DNA from: Andalucia godoyi And28
Taxonomy: Eukaryota > Protista > Jakobida
NCBI GenBank assembly: GCA_009859145.1
Contig: VRVR01000030.1
Span: 1 to 50,553, forward strand
Length of the DNA: 50,553 nt
Direction: 5' to 3'
The notes under the pieces: model-generated
Database searches by the model: none
Seen by the model: the letters and a program-made list of their open reading frames with translations, nothing else
What the model was told of the DNA's origin: nothing
Position numbers and translations under genes: made by a program
Shown: in pieces, positions 11,010 to 20,304 of the stretch
Position numbering within the stretch: the stretch's first letter is position 1
Layout of the letters: each line of letters begins with the position of its first letter

Positions 11010-12170
11010 TTAATCGGAAATCGCACCGGATCGAACAGTTTTCCGTTTTCCGCCGTCCTTTGGCGATCGGTCTTGCTCTGTTTCCAAGAGATTTTTTCTC
11101 GAGTCTCGCATCAAATCGGTACGCAGTTGTTCTAGGCGCTGCACATATTTGACGGAAAAGGTGTCAACAAAAAACACTGCAGAATTCCAAATAGACACAC
11201 TCAAGACAGCCAACAGCGCAAAAACATTCACCCAAAAGTGTGTGTACATCCAAGTCACCGGGAAGATTGTGAGGCATGAATACAGGAGCTGCAAGACTAT
11301 GAAACCAACAAGACGAGCCCGTCCAGCGGGAACCCGGCACAGGATTCTTCCGACAACGGACTTGGAACCTTCCCCCGTCAAGTACCGAAACGATGTAACT
11401 GCTTCTGGTGACATTCTTCGTGATTCAATGACCTCCGTTTTGACGAGGTACCCGACCTGCCAGTAAATATGCAGGAGCAACGTCGCCCTGTAGCATTCCC
11501 ACAGCCCAAATGTGCCCTCCTGGATGGTGTACCATTCTGCAAATTCCGGTGCTGCTCTCCAACGAATCAGGAACGTCACCAACGGAGGCATTGCGTGAAT
11601 AAACACGGACGTCATGAAGTCCAGCGAGAAAAACACGAGTTTGTTGTTCCACGTGGGAATTGCGAACAGCAGCGGACCATGCGAAACCGCGAAGCACAGC
11701 GTAAAGAGCGCCTTCGATGTTGGAAGCAGAAACAAGTAAAACAGCAGCGACATGTTGGCAAGATAGCAAAAATCCAGCAGAAACCAGTGACTCTGTGTCT
11801 TGTGATACGCAAAGAACCGAAATGGAATCAGAAACGCCGACCATCCAGCATAGAAGTACGGAATTGTCCATGGATATCGACCCACGAGGAATGCCAGCGC
11901 GCAAATGTTCATCACACCCAAAGTGTACAGAACCTTGTCCTGGGTACGGACAAAATCAGGCGAACGCATCGTCTTTTCGATGGAAAGATGCTTGCGAACG
12001 AGAAATTCCACAGTCCTGGAAACCTTGTTGTTGTATCGAAAGTCCTGAAGAACTTTGCGGACGACCAAGCTTCGAAACTTGTCTGCGCGACTGGATGACG
12101 AAGCGGCACCCGTCTCCGATAGCTCGTCCGATGTCGGGGACCGATCAGACCAAGTGCGGCGGGCCGACAT
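11010..12170 (-). CDS. GPC1: Glycerophosphocholine acyltransferase Gpc1-like (DUF2838) multipass membrane protein, 386 aa (start at MSARR)
   Basis: HWFLLDFCYLAN, GPLLFAIPTWNNKLVFFSLDFMTSVFIHAMPP and several TM helices. The ORF-track extension (TTG start, poly-Phe) is a repeat artefact. Confidence 0.85.
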   Translation of the reverse strand: MSARRTWSDRSPTSDELSETGAASSSSRADKFRSLVVRKVLQDFRYNNKVSRTVEFLVRKHLSIEKTMRSPDFVRTQDKVLYTLGVMNICALAFLVGRYPWTIPYFYAGWSAFLIPFRFFAYHKTQSHWFLLDFCYLANMSLLFYLFLLPTSKALFTLCFAVSHGPLLFAIPTWNNKLVFFSLDFMTSVFIHAMPPLVTFLIRWRAAPEFAEWYTIQEGTFGLWECYRATLLLHIYWQVGYLVKTEVIESRRMSPEAVTSFRYLTGEGSKSVVGRILCRVPAGRARLVGFIVLQLLYSCLTIFPVTWMYTHFWVNVFALLAVLSVSIWNSAVFFVDTFSVKYVQRLEQLRTDLMRDSRKNLLETEQDRSPKDGGKRKTVRSGAISD

Positions 12171-12275
12171 GTGATTGCGTGGGCTGGAGAGGGGAAGCAA
12201 CGGATGGGAAGGTGCGTAATATGTTTTGGCTGGAACTTGTTCAGTGTTGCGGGTGGACAACGACGAAGAAAGTGA

Positions 12276-12365
12276 AAAGAAGAAGAACAGGAAGAAGAAG
12301 AACAGGAAGAAGAAGAACAGGAAGAAGAAGAACAGGAAGAAGAAGAACAGGAAGAAGAAGAACAG
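12276..12365. repeat. Tandem repeat, 6 x 15 bp (GAAGAAGAAGAACAG)
   Basis: Directly visible; lies upstream of the GPC1 start. Confidence 0.95.
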
Positions 12366-12486
12366 GAAAAAGAAGAAGAAAAATGAAATCAAAACCTTGT
12401 CGAAAACACAATTGGATAAAATAGAAAAGAGAGAGCACGTCAAGTACGGTACAGTCGCACGCATTTCTGCTTTTTCCACGTCTACT

Positions 12487-13093
12487 CGCCTACACCAATG
12501 ACCGACAGCTTTGTGTATCAGCGTTTGAACATCAAACAAAACGATTTTCTTACCATGATCAAGTCGTCATTCTTCACGTTTTGGTCTGTCTTTCTATTAT
12601 TCTTTCTGTTTGTTTTATGTCTTTCATAACCGAACCCTCAAGCAGCACCTTTCATCAAAGACAAAGACAAAGACAAAGGATCTCATGGCTCCAAAGAGGG
12701 ATCTTCCCGAAAAACACAAACCGGCCATGCCCCGAAGATGCCGAGAACCAAGAAACCCGTTGATTCCCTTCTCGTCGGAGGCGGAGAGCAAGACATTTTA
12801 AATTCACGAAGATGTGATCGATTGCGTTCGGAATGCGCTTTAAGTCAGAGAACAAGAAGGAGCAATGGCAAAAGCGTCGTTGGCGCAATGTGTGACAGCG
12901 CCGACCACATCCTGTTTCCTCCAAACGGTCATTTTTTTGAATATTGAATCGATTGGGGAATGTGTTGGTTGCGATGACCCTTTTATGCAGAGTTGGTACT
13001 CGCCCCTAATAATAATAAAAGCACGTGGCTTGGATCTGTCTTCGGTGACAGCTTAGCCCGACGGTCAATAATGATTCATGTTTTGACGAGCGG
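12487..13093 (-). repeat. Dispersed ~600-bp repeat family, copy 1 (inverted relative to copies 2 and 3)
   Basis: Reverse complement aligns with 44499-45120 along its full length with mostly transition differences; internal (AAAGAC)3. Confidence 0.95.
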
Positions 13094-13219
13094 ATACTTT
13101 CTCCCCTTGCGTTTGGCATTTGTCACGCTGTTGTTGTGCATTCCCGTCTTTTTCGTGTGGGGAAAGAAAGCGGAAGTTGCATCCTTTGTCTGTAAAGTCG
13201 ATGCACGCAGGTCTGTAGA

Positions 13220-13591
13220 ATGAGCAACAGCGGGACGGTAGAGCATCTTGAGGAGCCTGGATTTCCGTCTTTTGGATTCATGAACTTGGATCGTGCGTCG
13301 TATCGTCGATGTTCTGCGAGCTTCTGTTCTTCTTCTTCTGCTTCTTTGCGCAACGAGTGTCCCAAATCCAATCCGCAGCAGGTGATATGCGTGTCGCAGT
13401 CCTTGCTGACACGATCGATCCTTTCTGCATCTCAACAGCACCAACACCAGCACCAGCACGAGTCGTTCGGTCGACTGTTTGGAAAGAATGCAGGTGTTTC
13501 GGGAGCCAATCGCCATGATTGCGAGGCTGCGGATTTTCCAGAACCGAGCGAGCCGCTCGAGCCGAGTGCAAAGCTTGCCAAACTTGGATGA
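13220..13591 (+). CDS. Possible small low-complexity protein, 123 aa (QQHQHQHQHE)
   Basis: ATG-started ORF with a Gln/His run like those in the 770-aa orphan; no family recognised. Confidence 0.3.
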   Translation: MSNSGTVEHLEEPGFPSFGFMNLDRASYRRCSASFCSSSSASLRNECPKSNPQQVICVSQSLLTRSILSASQQHQHQHQHESFGRLFGKNAGVSGANRHDCEAADFPEPSEPLEPSAKLAKLG

Positions 13592-13756
13592 CAACCCTAA
13601 GAGTTTTGATATTGTGTGTGCCTGTGTACTTGTGTGCGTGTGTGCGTGTGTACTTGTGGGCGTGTGCGCCTAGTGTTCACATTCATTTGGGCTGCATTTT
13701 CAAAAGCAGGACGATAATAAGAAACATTTCACATTACAGTTCTTTCGACAAGTTTT

Positions 13757-14569
13757 TCAGTCTTGCTTGATGTTGTTTGCCGACTGAAGAGCTGATGCTC
13801 GTGGGATGCGAGCAAGCAAGTCCTGGAGCGCAACGTACACCGTTGCCCACAAACGCGAAACAACGTCTTTGATCTGCGAAACGATCTTATTGACCTCCTT
13901 TTCAAACTTTGCGTAAAACACTGGGACACCAAACGCAAGGATCACGTCGATGATGAAGAGAGTCGCCGGGAAAAACATGCAAGTGATCTTGTATGAGATC
14001 CAAAAGATGAGCGCCCAGAGAAGCGGATGTGTCGACGAAAAAAGATAGAGCCACTCTCGGATGGCCGACGCAATCTGTTTCGACAATCGGTCAATATCCA
14101 CGATATCATCCAACTGCTGCGACATCCCCTGCTTGAACCCACTGAAGCGCGATCCAGACTGCATGAAGGAACCAGAGAGCTGAAGTGCAAAGAGAATTAG
14201 AGATCCCAAAAACGCAGCGAAAAACGCAAGTGAAAGCACATTCCACTGAAGAGAGTATCGCAGCAAAAGCCCAACAGTCAGGCACGACGTGAAGGCCGCC
14301 GCAGACACCGGGACCGATCGCCAGTTCAGCACAAAGAGAACGCGGTCCCATGCATGCGATCCGTACAAGGGGGCAAAGAGATTGCGAGGGTTCACGGCAC
14401 GAGACGCAGACGCAGTGGTTGCAGTGGTGGTGGTGGTACCCGTAGGGATCGCCGTAGAGGTGGCGGCGACAGACGACCGGTTTGCCGTCGACGAATCCGA
14501 CTTGGTCGAAAGACGCAGCTGGACAGTGTCCGGGTTGGAAGGGTTTGAACGAAGCTCAGCTTCAGCCAT
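13757..14569 (-). CDS. Reticulon-domain ER-shaping protein, 270 aa
   Basis: VLNWRSVPVSAAAF start, two long hydrophobic hairpins, then LAFGVPVFYAKFEKEVNKIV amphipathic segment; Ser/Thr-rich N-terminus. Confidence 0.8.
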   Translation of the reverse strand: MAEAELRSNPSNPDTVQLRLSTKSDSSTANRSSVAATSTAIPTGTTTTTATTASASRAVNPRNLFAPLYGSHAWDRVLFVLNWRSVPVSAAAFTSCLTVGLLLRYSLQWNVLSLAFFAAFLGSLILFALQLSGSFMQSGSRFSGFKQGMSQQLDDIVDIDRLSKQIASAIREWLYLFSSTHPLLWALIFWISYKITCMFFPATLFIIDVILAFGVPVFYAKFEKEVNKIVSQIKDVVSRLWATVYVALQDLLARIPRASALQSANNIKQD

Positions 14570-15051
14570 CTTGATTCCAATACTTCTCCACTAAAAACCA
14601 AAGACAAAGAAACGAAAAAAGCAGTGTAGTGAGATAATTTAAATTTTAAATTTAAGAAGAAAAAAAACAATAAAATGAAAATGAAAATGAAAGCGGGGGG
14701 AAACAGACTGCAAATACAAGTGTGAAAAAAGGATGGAGAGTGAAAGAGATTGGGAGTGAGAGAGACAAAGAGAATGATCAAGAAGAAAATCATCACTGGA
14801 AAAGTTCCGAACTTCAAGCTTGTCCAATCGGATTCGGAACAATTTGGGAAAGGTGTGTGGCATCCTCAACTGCAAGATTGAGTACCTCGAGGGTGGGTTT
14901 TTAAATTGGGGAAGCTGGACTTTCAGAAGTTTCGCAGCTATTATTATTAGTATTATTATTATTATTTTAAATTACTTATTCTGGGAACAGACATCACGCA
15001 CCATCCACAGAGTGTACCAAGGAACATACGATACGGGAAGAGGAGGAAGAG

Positions 15052-16356
15052 ATGGAATTTCTGAAGGCAGAGAGTACTGCGCATTACGCATGTGTGCCGA
15101 GTGCAAAGCAGAGGCTGAATCGGAATCGACGGTCTCGATTCTGCGAAGTGCTTGGAGATGGGCTGACTGTGCGGTACACCGGGGAAGGAAAGAACAGCCA
15201 CGATGTAGGCAGTATCCAGAGCATCTATCCTCTTCAAATCGAGTCTTCGTGCGCGCCTGTCGGGTACTTTGAACTCAAAGTCGACGAGAGTGGAGACAAC
15301 GGAAGCATCGCGATCGGGCTGAGCACACCCGAATTCTCGTTGATGGGACAGCCGGGCTGGGAGCCAAAATCGTATGGATTCCATTCGGATGACGGAAATG
15401 TGTTCGCTGGAAAGGGCACGGGCTCGACTTTTGTGACGCCCGGGAAACAAGGCGACATCATTGGCTGCGGAATGCTGTTCAGAAGACGAACTGTGTTTTT
15501 CACTCGGAACGGCGTGATGCTTGCTGTTCCTCCAATTCCATCTCCAATCGCGGAATCCCCCTGCGACCTGTATCCTACCGTTGGACTGCACTCTCCTGGG
15601 GAAGTCGCGATCGCGCGGTTTGAACCACCATTTGCATTTCCCGTCGAAAACATCATCCAGAAGGAATGGGAGGCGCTCATTGAGGTTCCTCGACCGTTCT
15701 CGCACATTGGATCGCCTGCTGAATGTTTGAAAATGGTTATTTTCCACCTTGTGGAGATTGGATTCGTCGAAACTGCTTCGAATTTGTTGTCCAAGGTGCA
15801 AATGCCCCATGAAATGCGTGCCGCGCTTGATTTTGTCATGTCAATCAAGAAAGCCATCCGGGAAAGTATTTCCAGCGGATCTCTGGACGACACTGCCGAA
15901 AGCTTTCAAATGGTTGCTTCTGCGTGTTCAGATGCAGGTCAGCAGACTGCACTCCGCTCTGCTGTGTATGAAATTCGACGAATGGTGGTTCTTGAGTTGT
16001 GTGTTGCTGGAAAACAAAAGGACGCACTGCTGTACGCCCGTGAGCATCTCGGTGGCGCTCCCACGGAATTTTTGAAGGAGATTATGGTCCGCATTTTGCA
16101 AGCGAAGACACCCCCCGACGGACGGCCGTGCAACACTTCTGCCCAGCGAAAGCTGGTTTCTGTGCACGTGTGCCGAATGTGCCGCGCTGACTTTATTATT
16201 TCCAATGCAGTGATGTTTGCGAATGCGTTTGATGTCGATTCATCTGGCATCGCGGGTGTCCTGAGTGAGTCATTTCGTGCACTGTCCAGCTCTCTATTGG
16301 ATGTTGAAATCGTCCTCCAGCACTCGATTCTTCTCTTGCGTGCCCTTCATCAATAA
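15052..16356 (+). CDS. SPRY-domain RanBP9/RanBP10 (CTLH complex)-like protein, 434 aa
   Basis: GYFELKV, IAIGL, QPGWEPKSYGFHSDDG, GDIIGCG, VFFTRNG, LYPTVGLHSPGE, followed by LisH/CTLH-like helices (ALLYAREHL). Confidence 0.87.
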   Translation: MEFLKAESTAHYACVPSAKQRLNRNRRSRFCEVLGDGLTVRYTGEGKNSHDVGSIQSIYPLQIESSCAPVGYFELKVDESGDNGSIAIGLSTPEFSLMGQPGWEPKSYGFHSDDGNVFAGKGTGSTFVTPGKQGDIIGCGMLFRRRTVFFTRNGVMLAVPPIPSPIAESPCDLYPTVGLHSPGEVAIARFEPPFAFPVENIIQKEWEALIEVPRPFSHIGSPAECLKMVIFHLVEIGFVETASNLLSKVQMPHEMRAALDFVMSIKKAIRESISSGSLDDTAESFQMVASACSDAGQQTALRSAVYEIRRMVVLELCVAGKQKDALLYAREHLGGAPTEFLKEIMVRILQAKTPPDGRPCNTSAQRKLVSVHVCRMCRADFIISNAVMFANAFDVDSSGIAGVLSESFRALSSSLLDVEIVLQHSILLLRALHQ

Positions 16357-16777
16357 GCAGCAGATGTCATTCACTGACGGGATAGTCCATTTTTTAATTG
16401 TTATTTTCATTGCTGCGATGGTGTTTTTTTTTTGTTTGTTTGTTTGTTGTATATTTTTTCAAACGTACATTTAGCATTGTATTTTCTTGCTTCACACATG
16501 CACACATGCACTCACACACACACACACTCTCTCTCTCACTCTCTCTCTCTCACTCTCTCTCTCTCACTCTCTCTCTCTCTCTTCGTCATTCGTTTTTGCC
16601 TTCTTTTTGGCGGGAAAAAAAGGAGGGAAACAGGGTACGTTTTTATGAGACTTGATGCTGGCTAGCGTGCGAAAAGTGCAGACAAACCGAACGACGATCG
16701 AATTCTCTCTTCATGTTCAGCGAGTTCTCGCGCGCCACTCCTGTCAAAAAATCACGTAATTGAGCTTTGTTTGCGTA

Positions 16778-16900
16778 ATGGCGGTGAGCGAGCGACTAAG
16801 TGGGGCGTTTCTAAGCGTGACAGCATCGCTGACACTCTGTCTCATGGGCTACATGGTGTACGCGAAGAAAGTCGAGGGCAAACCGATCCGTATGCTATAA
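16778..16900 (+). CDS. Candidate single-pass membrane micropeptide MAVSERLSGAFLSVTASLTLCLMGYMVYAKKVEGKPIRML (40 aa; possibly spliced 16890-17050 to give 46 aa)
   Basis: ATG at 16778, 19-residue hydrophobic stretch followed by KK; GTATGC donor at 16890 and TTTAG acceptor at 17050. Below the ORF-track length cut-off. Confidence 0.45.
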   Translation: MAVSERLSGAFLSVTASLTLCLMGYMVYAKKVEGKPIRML

Positions 16901-17107
16901 TATATTTCATTTTATTCTTTAATTTCTCGTTTAAAAAAAAAAATGAGCGGCCTCGCAAAGAACAAAACCAAAAAGAAGCAATCGATTCCTAATTCCAGTA
17001 TTACTTTTATCACTTTATGACGACGACAGGTAAGCTTGATGTGTCTTTAGGAAATGTCAAGCCGGCGAGACCAGAGTGAGCAGGCTTGTTTCGCCCACTG
17101 ATGTTTG

Positions 17108-17109
<2 letters not shown>

Positions 17110-17166
<57 letters not shown>
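17110..17166. repeat. (TG)n microsatellite
   Basis: Directly visible, about 28 units. Confidence 0.95.
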
Positions 17167-17168
<2 letters not shown>

Positions 17169-17502
17169 ATTCAACCTTGTATATGCTGCAATCTGCACTG
17201 GCTATCCCGCAATGCCATACTCCATTTATTCATTTTCATCACGACTGTACGCAGCCCATGTCTTTGGATTGACTTGTCTCAATTCGTGGTGTGCGTCAAG
17301 CGATCGGGAATTCTGAATCTGCTTTTGTTTTCGCGATCCGCCATTTTGAGGAATCTTCTTCCATTCGTGGATTGACGTCGCCGATTTTTTTCTTTACGTT
17401 TTTGAGCCATTGAGTGAACTCCGTGCCCGCCGTGTGCTTTTGTCTACTGTTTGCTTGGCTTTGCAACGGACGCGTCAAAGAAACAAGAACAGGAGAAGAG
17501 AC

Positions 17503-19392
17503 ATGCAGGGATCGCCGACGCTTTTTTCAGCCTCTACGCAGGCGATTTTCTTCAACCTCAAGAAGGACTCGATCCAGCGCATGCTGGACTTTGACTTTCT
17601 GTGCCGTCGGGAAAAGCCGTCCGTTGCTGCGATTGTGACTCCTGGTTCCCAAGCGGGGTCCTTTCACAAGGAATTCTTTGGGACTCGGGAGATTGCGATT
17701 CCGGTGCTGCCGTCCACACAGTTAGCTTGTGAGTTGCATCCCAATGCAGATGTTTTTTTGAACTTTGCATCGTTCCGATCTGCATTCGAGTCAAGCATGG
17801 TCGCGCTGGATCAGCCGACCATTCGCACGGTTGTCATCATTGCAGAAGGCGTGCCAGAGCGGAACGTCAAGGAGCTGATTGCAAAAGCGAACAAACTTGG
17901 AAAAGTCGTGATCGGACCCGCGACAGTCGGTGGAGTCCAGGCTGGGGCGTTCAAGATTGGGGATACCGCAGGGACTGTGGAAAATATTGTGCGGTGCAAG
18001 CTGCATAGACCGGGTTCTGTCGGATTTGTCTCAAAGTCGGGCGGATTGTCTAATGAAATGTACAACGTGCTGGCAAGGACAACGGATGGGCTGTTTGAGG
18101 GCATCGCGGTCGGGGGTGATGCGTACCCCGGAACGACGCTCACAGACCATGTGCTTCGATTTGAAAAGATTCCGCAGATTCGAATGATTGTGGTTCTCGG
18201 TGAACTTGGCGGAGTTGACGAGTATGGAATTGTGGACGCAATGAACTCTGGGAAGATTACAAAGCCCCTGATTGCGTGGGTATCCGGAACCTGCGCCAAG
18301 TTTTTCCAGTCTTCCGAAGTGCAGTTCGGACATGCAGGCGCAAAGAGCGGCAGCGCAGACGAGTCGGCAGACGCAAAGAACTCTGCGCTTCGCAATGCTG
18401 GTGCGCTGGTTCCGTCTTCGTTTGAAGGGTTCGCTGATATGATTGCCAAAAAGTATCAGGAACTCGTTCATGCCGGGAAGATCGTTCCTGTCCAGGATGT
18501 CGAGCCGCAGACGATTCCGACGGATTTGTCCTCTGCAGTCAAATCTGGCAACATCCGTATGGCCACCAGTATTGTCTGTACGATATCGGACGACCGGGGC
18601 GAGGAGCCGCGGTACATGGGACTTCCGATTTCGCAGGTGATTTCGGATGGTCTGTCGATCGGAGATGTAGTTTCGCTGCTCTGGTTCAAAAAGCTCTTGC
18701 CCAAGTGGGCCACCAAGTTTATGGAAATGTGCATTGTTATCGCCGCTGACCATGGCCCTTGTGTTTCCGGCGCACATAACACCATTGTCACTGCTCGCGC
18801 GGGCAAAGATCTTGTATCCAGTCTCTGCTCGGGTCTGCTCACGATCGGGCCGCGCTTTGGAGGAGCGATTACGATGTCCAGCATCCACATCAAGCATGCG
18901 TGCGACTCTGGACAAGAGGCATGGGAATTTGTGGAAGAAATGAAGGCCAAGGGCCAACGTGTCGAAGGCATCGGGCATCGCATCAAGAATGCTGAAAACA
19001 GGGACAAGCGAGTGCTTTTGTTGTCCGAGTATGCGGAGGCACACTTTCCCAATACCCATTACTTGCAGTATGCCAATGCTGTGGAAGCATACACCCTGAC
19101 GAAGGCTCCGAACCTGGTGCTGAACATCGATGGGTGCATTGGCGCGTTGATGTGCGATCTGTTGTGCACCTGCGGTGCATTCACGTCCAAGGAGGTGGAC
19201 GAAATCCTTGAAATGGACGTACTGAACGGCATCTTTGTCTTGTCCCGGTCGATTGGTCTCATGGGCCATGCGCTGGACCAGAAGCGTATGCACCAGGGGC
19301 TCTACCGCCACAATCCCGCCGATGTGCTGTATGCCACACCGGATGATTATCCTGTCCGCATTGGAGAAGAATCGAATAGCATCGATGAGTAG
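17503..19392 (+). CDS. ACLB: ATP-citrate lyase catalytic subunit of the two-subunit type (plant ACLB-like), 629 aa (start at MQGSPTLFS)
   Basis: IQRMLDFDFLCRREKPSVAAI, GPATVGG, SKSGGLSNE, phospho-His motif FGHAGA, ADHGPCVSGAHNT, GIGHRIK, LNIDGCIG. Confidence 0.96.
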   Translation: MQGSPTLFSASTQAIFFNLKKDSIQRMLDFDFLCRREKPSVAAIVTPGSQAGSFHKEFFGTREIAIPVLPSTQLACELHPNADVFLNFASFRSAFESSMVALDQPTIRTVVIIAEGVPERNVKELIAKANKLGKVVIGPATVGGVQAGAFKIGDTAGTVENIVRCKLHRPGSVGFVSKSGGLSNEMYNVLARTTDGLFEGIAVGGDAYPGTTLTDHVLRFEKIPQIRMIVVLGELGGVDEYGIVDAMNSGKITKPLIAWVSGTCAKFFQSSEVQFGHAGAKSGSADESADAKNSALRNAGALVPSSFEGFADMIAKKYQELVHAGKIVPVQDVEPQTIPTDLSSAVKSGNIRMATSIVCTISDDRGEEPRYMGLPISQVISDGLSIGDVVSLLWFKKLLPKWATKFMEMCIVIAADHGPCVSGAHNTIVTARAGKDLVSSLCSGLLTIGPRFGGAITMSSIHIKHACDSGQEAWEFVEEMKAKGQRVEGIGHRIKNAENRDKRVLLLSEYAEAHFPNTHYLQYANAVEAYTLTKAPNLVLNIDGCIGALMCDLLCTCGAFTSKEVDEILEMDVLNGIFVLSRSIGLMGHALDQKRMHQGLYRHNPADVLYATPDDYPVRIGEESNSIDE

Positions 19393-19455
19393 CAATGCGC
19401 TGTCCTCCTATTCTTTGACTCTTGTGAGATCCCCTGCGAACGATGTCCGTTCAGA

Positions 19456-19489
<34 letters not shown>

Positions 19490-19829
19490 GGGTGTGTATG
19501 TGTGGTACACGTACTCTGTACGTCGTTTGTGATTTACCAGCGTCGTGTGGTGGCTGAGATACTTGAATAAACATCAGACAATACAGATGCAGCAAAGCTC
19601 ATTGGCGCCGTTGCCACTTATTGCGATATGATGAAGCAATCCAAAGCGCACACACACAAAACCACTGTCACGCGCCTATGCGCATGCGTCTGTTATCTTG
19701 GCAACTCCGTCACACGATGCCCCGATTCGTTTCGCCTCCCTTTTGATCATGAAATCCCTATAAACACGCCGCCGCGTTGCATTCTCGCACAGCGACGCTC
19801 ATTTCATTTCTTTACTTTTATTGTCCATG

Positions 19830-19990
19830 CAACGCAACATCTATCTTGGGAACGTCGCTCATGCCGAGGGGCGTGTTGGGGCCTACCCCCTTCCCAATCA
19901 TGCTATGCATGTTGTTGGGTTGCAACATTGATTATGGGTGATCAGCGATGATTATCCGTGGTTAGTGTGCAATGTAGGCGTGCAATGCGG
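19830..19990 (+). ncRNA. Stand-alone omega-RNA-like locus of a Fanzor2/TnpB element (retains only last codons QRNIYLGN plus scaffold)
   Basis: Shares GGCGTGTTGGGGCCTA.CC.CTTCCC and AGTGTG.AATGTAGGCGTG..CAAT.CGG with 47799-47946 (-). 18-bp hairpin at 19927-19966 with GCGA tetraloop; GCCTAC (19881-86) is complementary to GTAGGC (19974-79). Confidence 0.72.
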
Positions 19991-20304
19991 GTTAGTCCAT
20001 CTCTCCACAAAGCTGCAGCCGAGCCACTTCCATGCTGCCTGTCGTACTCTAAAAAACAGGGGCTGATCATGTCAGCAGTTGAGTCTGGCTAAAGTCTCTG
20101 AAGTCCAGACAGATGAGCGGGAATGCCGAACGATGAGATCCATTTCCGATAATACTTTTTTTCGGTATACCTTTTAAATATTTGGTTCATAACTTTTTTC
20201 CCGAGTGGTTTTGACGCTAAAAGGAACAGAACGAAACAATAATACAGTAGTCTGCAACAACAACAACAACAAAAAACAAAAAACAAAAAACAAAAAACAA
20301 AAAA

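Noticed and set aside
12276-12365. CRISPR-like array
   Set aside because: Simple tandem repeat without unique spacers, in a eukaryotic context.
12487-12500. The ~600-bp repeat ends in TG(T/C)AGGCG like the omega-RNA 3' motif AATGTAGGCG, suggesting a non-autonomous Fanzor derivative
   Set aside because: Only about 8 nt match; the repeat lacks the complementary GCCTA loop, the long hairpin and the CAAT.CGG terminus.
12171-12539. N-terminal poly-Phe extension of the 509-aa ORF
   Set aside because: TTG start inside the dispersed repeat and translation of a 15-bp minisatellite; the real start is ATG at 12170.
17029-17050. Possible ultra-short intron GTAAGC...TTTAG (about 22 nt)
   Set aside because: The one well-supported intron here is 183 nt; these sites are better explained as parts of longer introns.
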